Part shown: positions 62,909-64,000 of the stretch, one piece after another | Layout of the letters: each line of letters opens with the position of its first letter | How positions within the stretch are numbered: the stretch's first letter is position 1 | Assembly: GCA_036785375.1 (NCBI GenBank) | Contig: JAWMAR010000035.1 | Location: 186,001-250,000, forward strand | DNA: 64,000 nucleotides | Source: Leucoraja ocellata | Taxonomy: Eukaryota | Reading direction: 5' to 3' | Notes under the pieces: model-generated | Database searches by the model: none | What the model was told of the DNA's origin: nothing | What the model saw: the letters and a program-made list of their open reading frames with translations, nothing else | Made by a program: the position numbers and the translations under genes

Positions 62909-63092
62909 ACTTCATATTGTGTTTTTGATTTTTGTCTTTGGATTGAATTCTGTCTTTAATTTGTGTACTGGTGATGTCTTTACTATTTATTTCATTCCGC
63001 TTACATGTTTTTACTCTATTTGCTAAATTTTGTAAGGTGTCCTTGAGACTCTTGAAAGGTGCCCATAAATAAAATGTATTATTATTATTATA
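62909..63092 (+). mobile_element. 3' tail of the same family as 57949-58942
   Basis: Colinear with 58758-58942, from ttca(t/c)attgtgttttt through gtaaggtgtccttgagact...aataaa(att)n. Confidence 0.85.
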
Positions 63093-63537
63093 ATAAATAT
63101 ATATTACTCTGACCACAAGACATACTGATCTGGTGTAAATATGAGAAATCAATGTCCCAGGAGCTAACATGACTCTGTGGGAAACTGCAAATTAGCCACA
63201 AAGGCCCAGGTGAAATCTCAGGGCTCTCCATGTGTTGTCACCCCATCAATCCACCACAACCACAGAATGTTTAGTTACCACTGCTACATATAAATACGGC
63301 AAATATCATCACATGGGCACTGTGTTACAGCGGAATGCATCCTTTCCAGGGTCCATATTGTCACCTCATGTTGTCTATGTGACTATAGGATCTCTTCCGT
63401 TCTGATATCCTGTATCCCAGATCTGATTTGCTCCCCACTGGCAGTAGTGCCACCCCCCTGCCATGGACTGAACTCTAGAATCCCATCTGTCTCTTTATCT
63501 CAACACAATTTCCCTTATAAAAAGACACTACATGCTG

Positions 63538-63700
63538 ATGTCAGGCAGCATCTCTGGAAGACATTGATGGGTGACATTTGGATTGGGACCCTTCTTCTGG
63601 CCCAAAGAAGCCTCCAGAAGGGTCCCATCCCAAAATGTCACCTCTCTATGTCATCCCGAGACGCTGGCTGACCCGCTGATTTACTCCAGCAGTTTGTGTA
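63538..63700. repeat. Head-to-head Penelope terminal repeats
   Basis: tcaggcagcatctctgg...tgacatttggattgggacccttct and its inverse agaagggtcccatcccaaaatgtcacc...ttactccagca. Confidence 0.8.
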
Positions 63701-63704
63701 TTTT

Positions 63705-64000
63705 CTCTGTTCTTCTCTGACCACTGCCTCCTTCAGGCTTCCTGTCACCTACAGGAGGACCGGAAGGCAGGCAGAGGGACGTGGAAGTTAAACGTGAAGC
63801 TGTTGACCCCAGAGAACGTTGAGGAGCTAAAGAGGGACTACGCACGTTGGAGAACGGTGAGGCCCCTCTTTGACTCCCCGACACTCTGGTGGGAAGCAAC
63901 CAAGGAGAACATTAAGAGGTTCTTCATAGCGAAAGGGGTTCAGAGAGCAAGACAGAGCCAGAGGGAATTGTGCCAACTCCAGACAGATTTGCAACAACTG
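63705..64000 (+). mobile_element. Tx1/L1-clade LINE ORF2 fragment (end of APE endonuclease and linker), runs off the window
   Basis: Open frame SDHCLLQASCHL...GRGTWKLNVKLL...WWEATKENIKRFF, with SDH, WKLN and WExxK motifs. Confidence 0.85.

Overview
Vertebrate nuclear DNA, most likely from a cartilaginous fish such as a skate or ray (inferred from the repeat content: dense CR1, Rex1/Babar, HE1/V-type and Deu-domain SINEs, and Penelope terminal repeats). The only host coding sequence I can support is the first coding exon of MAP3K13 (LZK) on the minus strand: exon 66-691, CDS 66-618. The rest is probably its very large 5' intron and upstream region. A CpG-rich CRE/E-box/ETS/CCAAT promoter lies at about 41.6-41.9 kb and a second, plus-facing GC/CCAAT/TATA-like promoter at about 50.3 kb. 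Most of the window is transposon-derived: a structurally complete but decayed DIRS1 tyrosine-recombinase retrotransposon (29038-34117), an internally deleted Passport-like Tc1, two Harbinger MITEs, a Tigger-like MITE, an L1 with ORF1 but almost no ORF2, a Tx1 fragment, many CR1 and Rex1 pieces, and about a dozen Penelope terminal repeats with a minimal hammerhead-ribozyme core. The most unusual observations are: (i) Penelope terminal-repeat insertions that contain short copies of nearby host DNA, (ii) GC-rich non-coding retro-elements that share a covarying hairpin but end in tails from different LINE clades, and (iii) the ORF2-less L1. Most ORFs in the supplied track are spurious or TE debris. 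Boundaries of decayed repeats are approximate, and all family assignments are by recognition, not database search.
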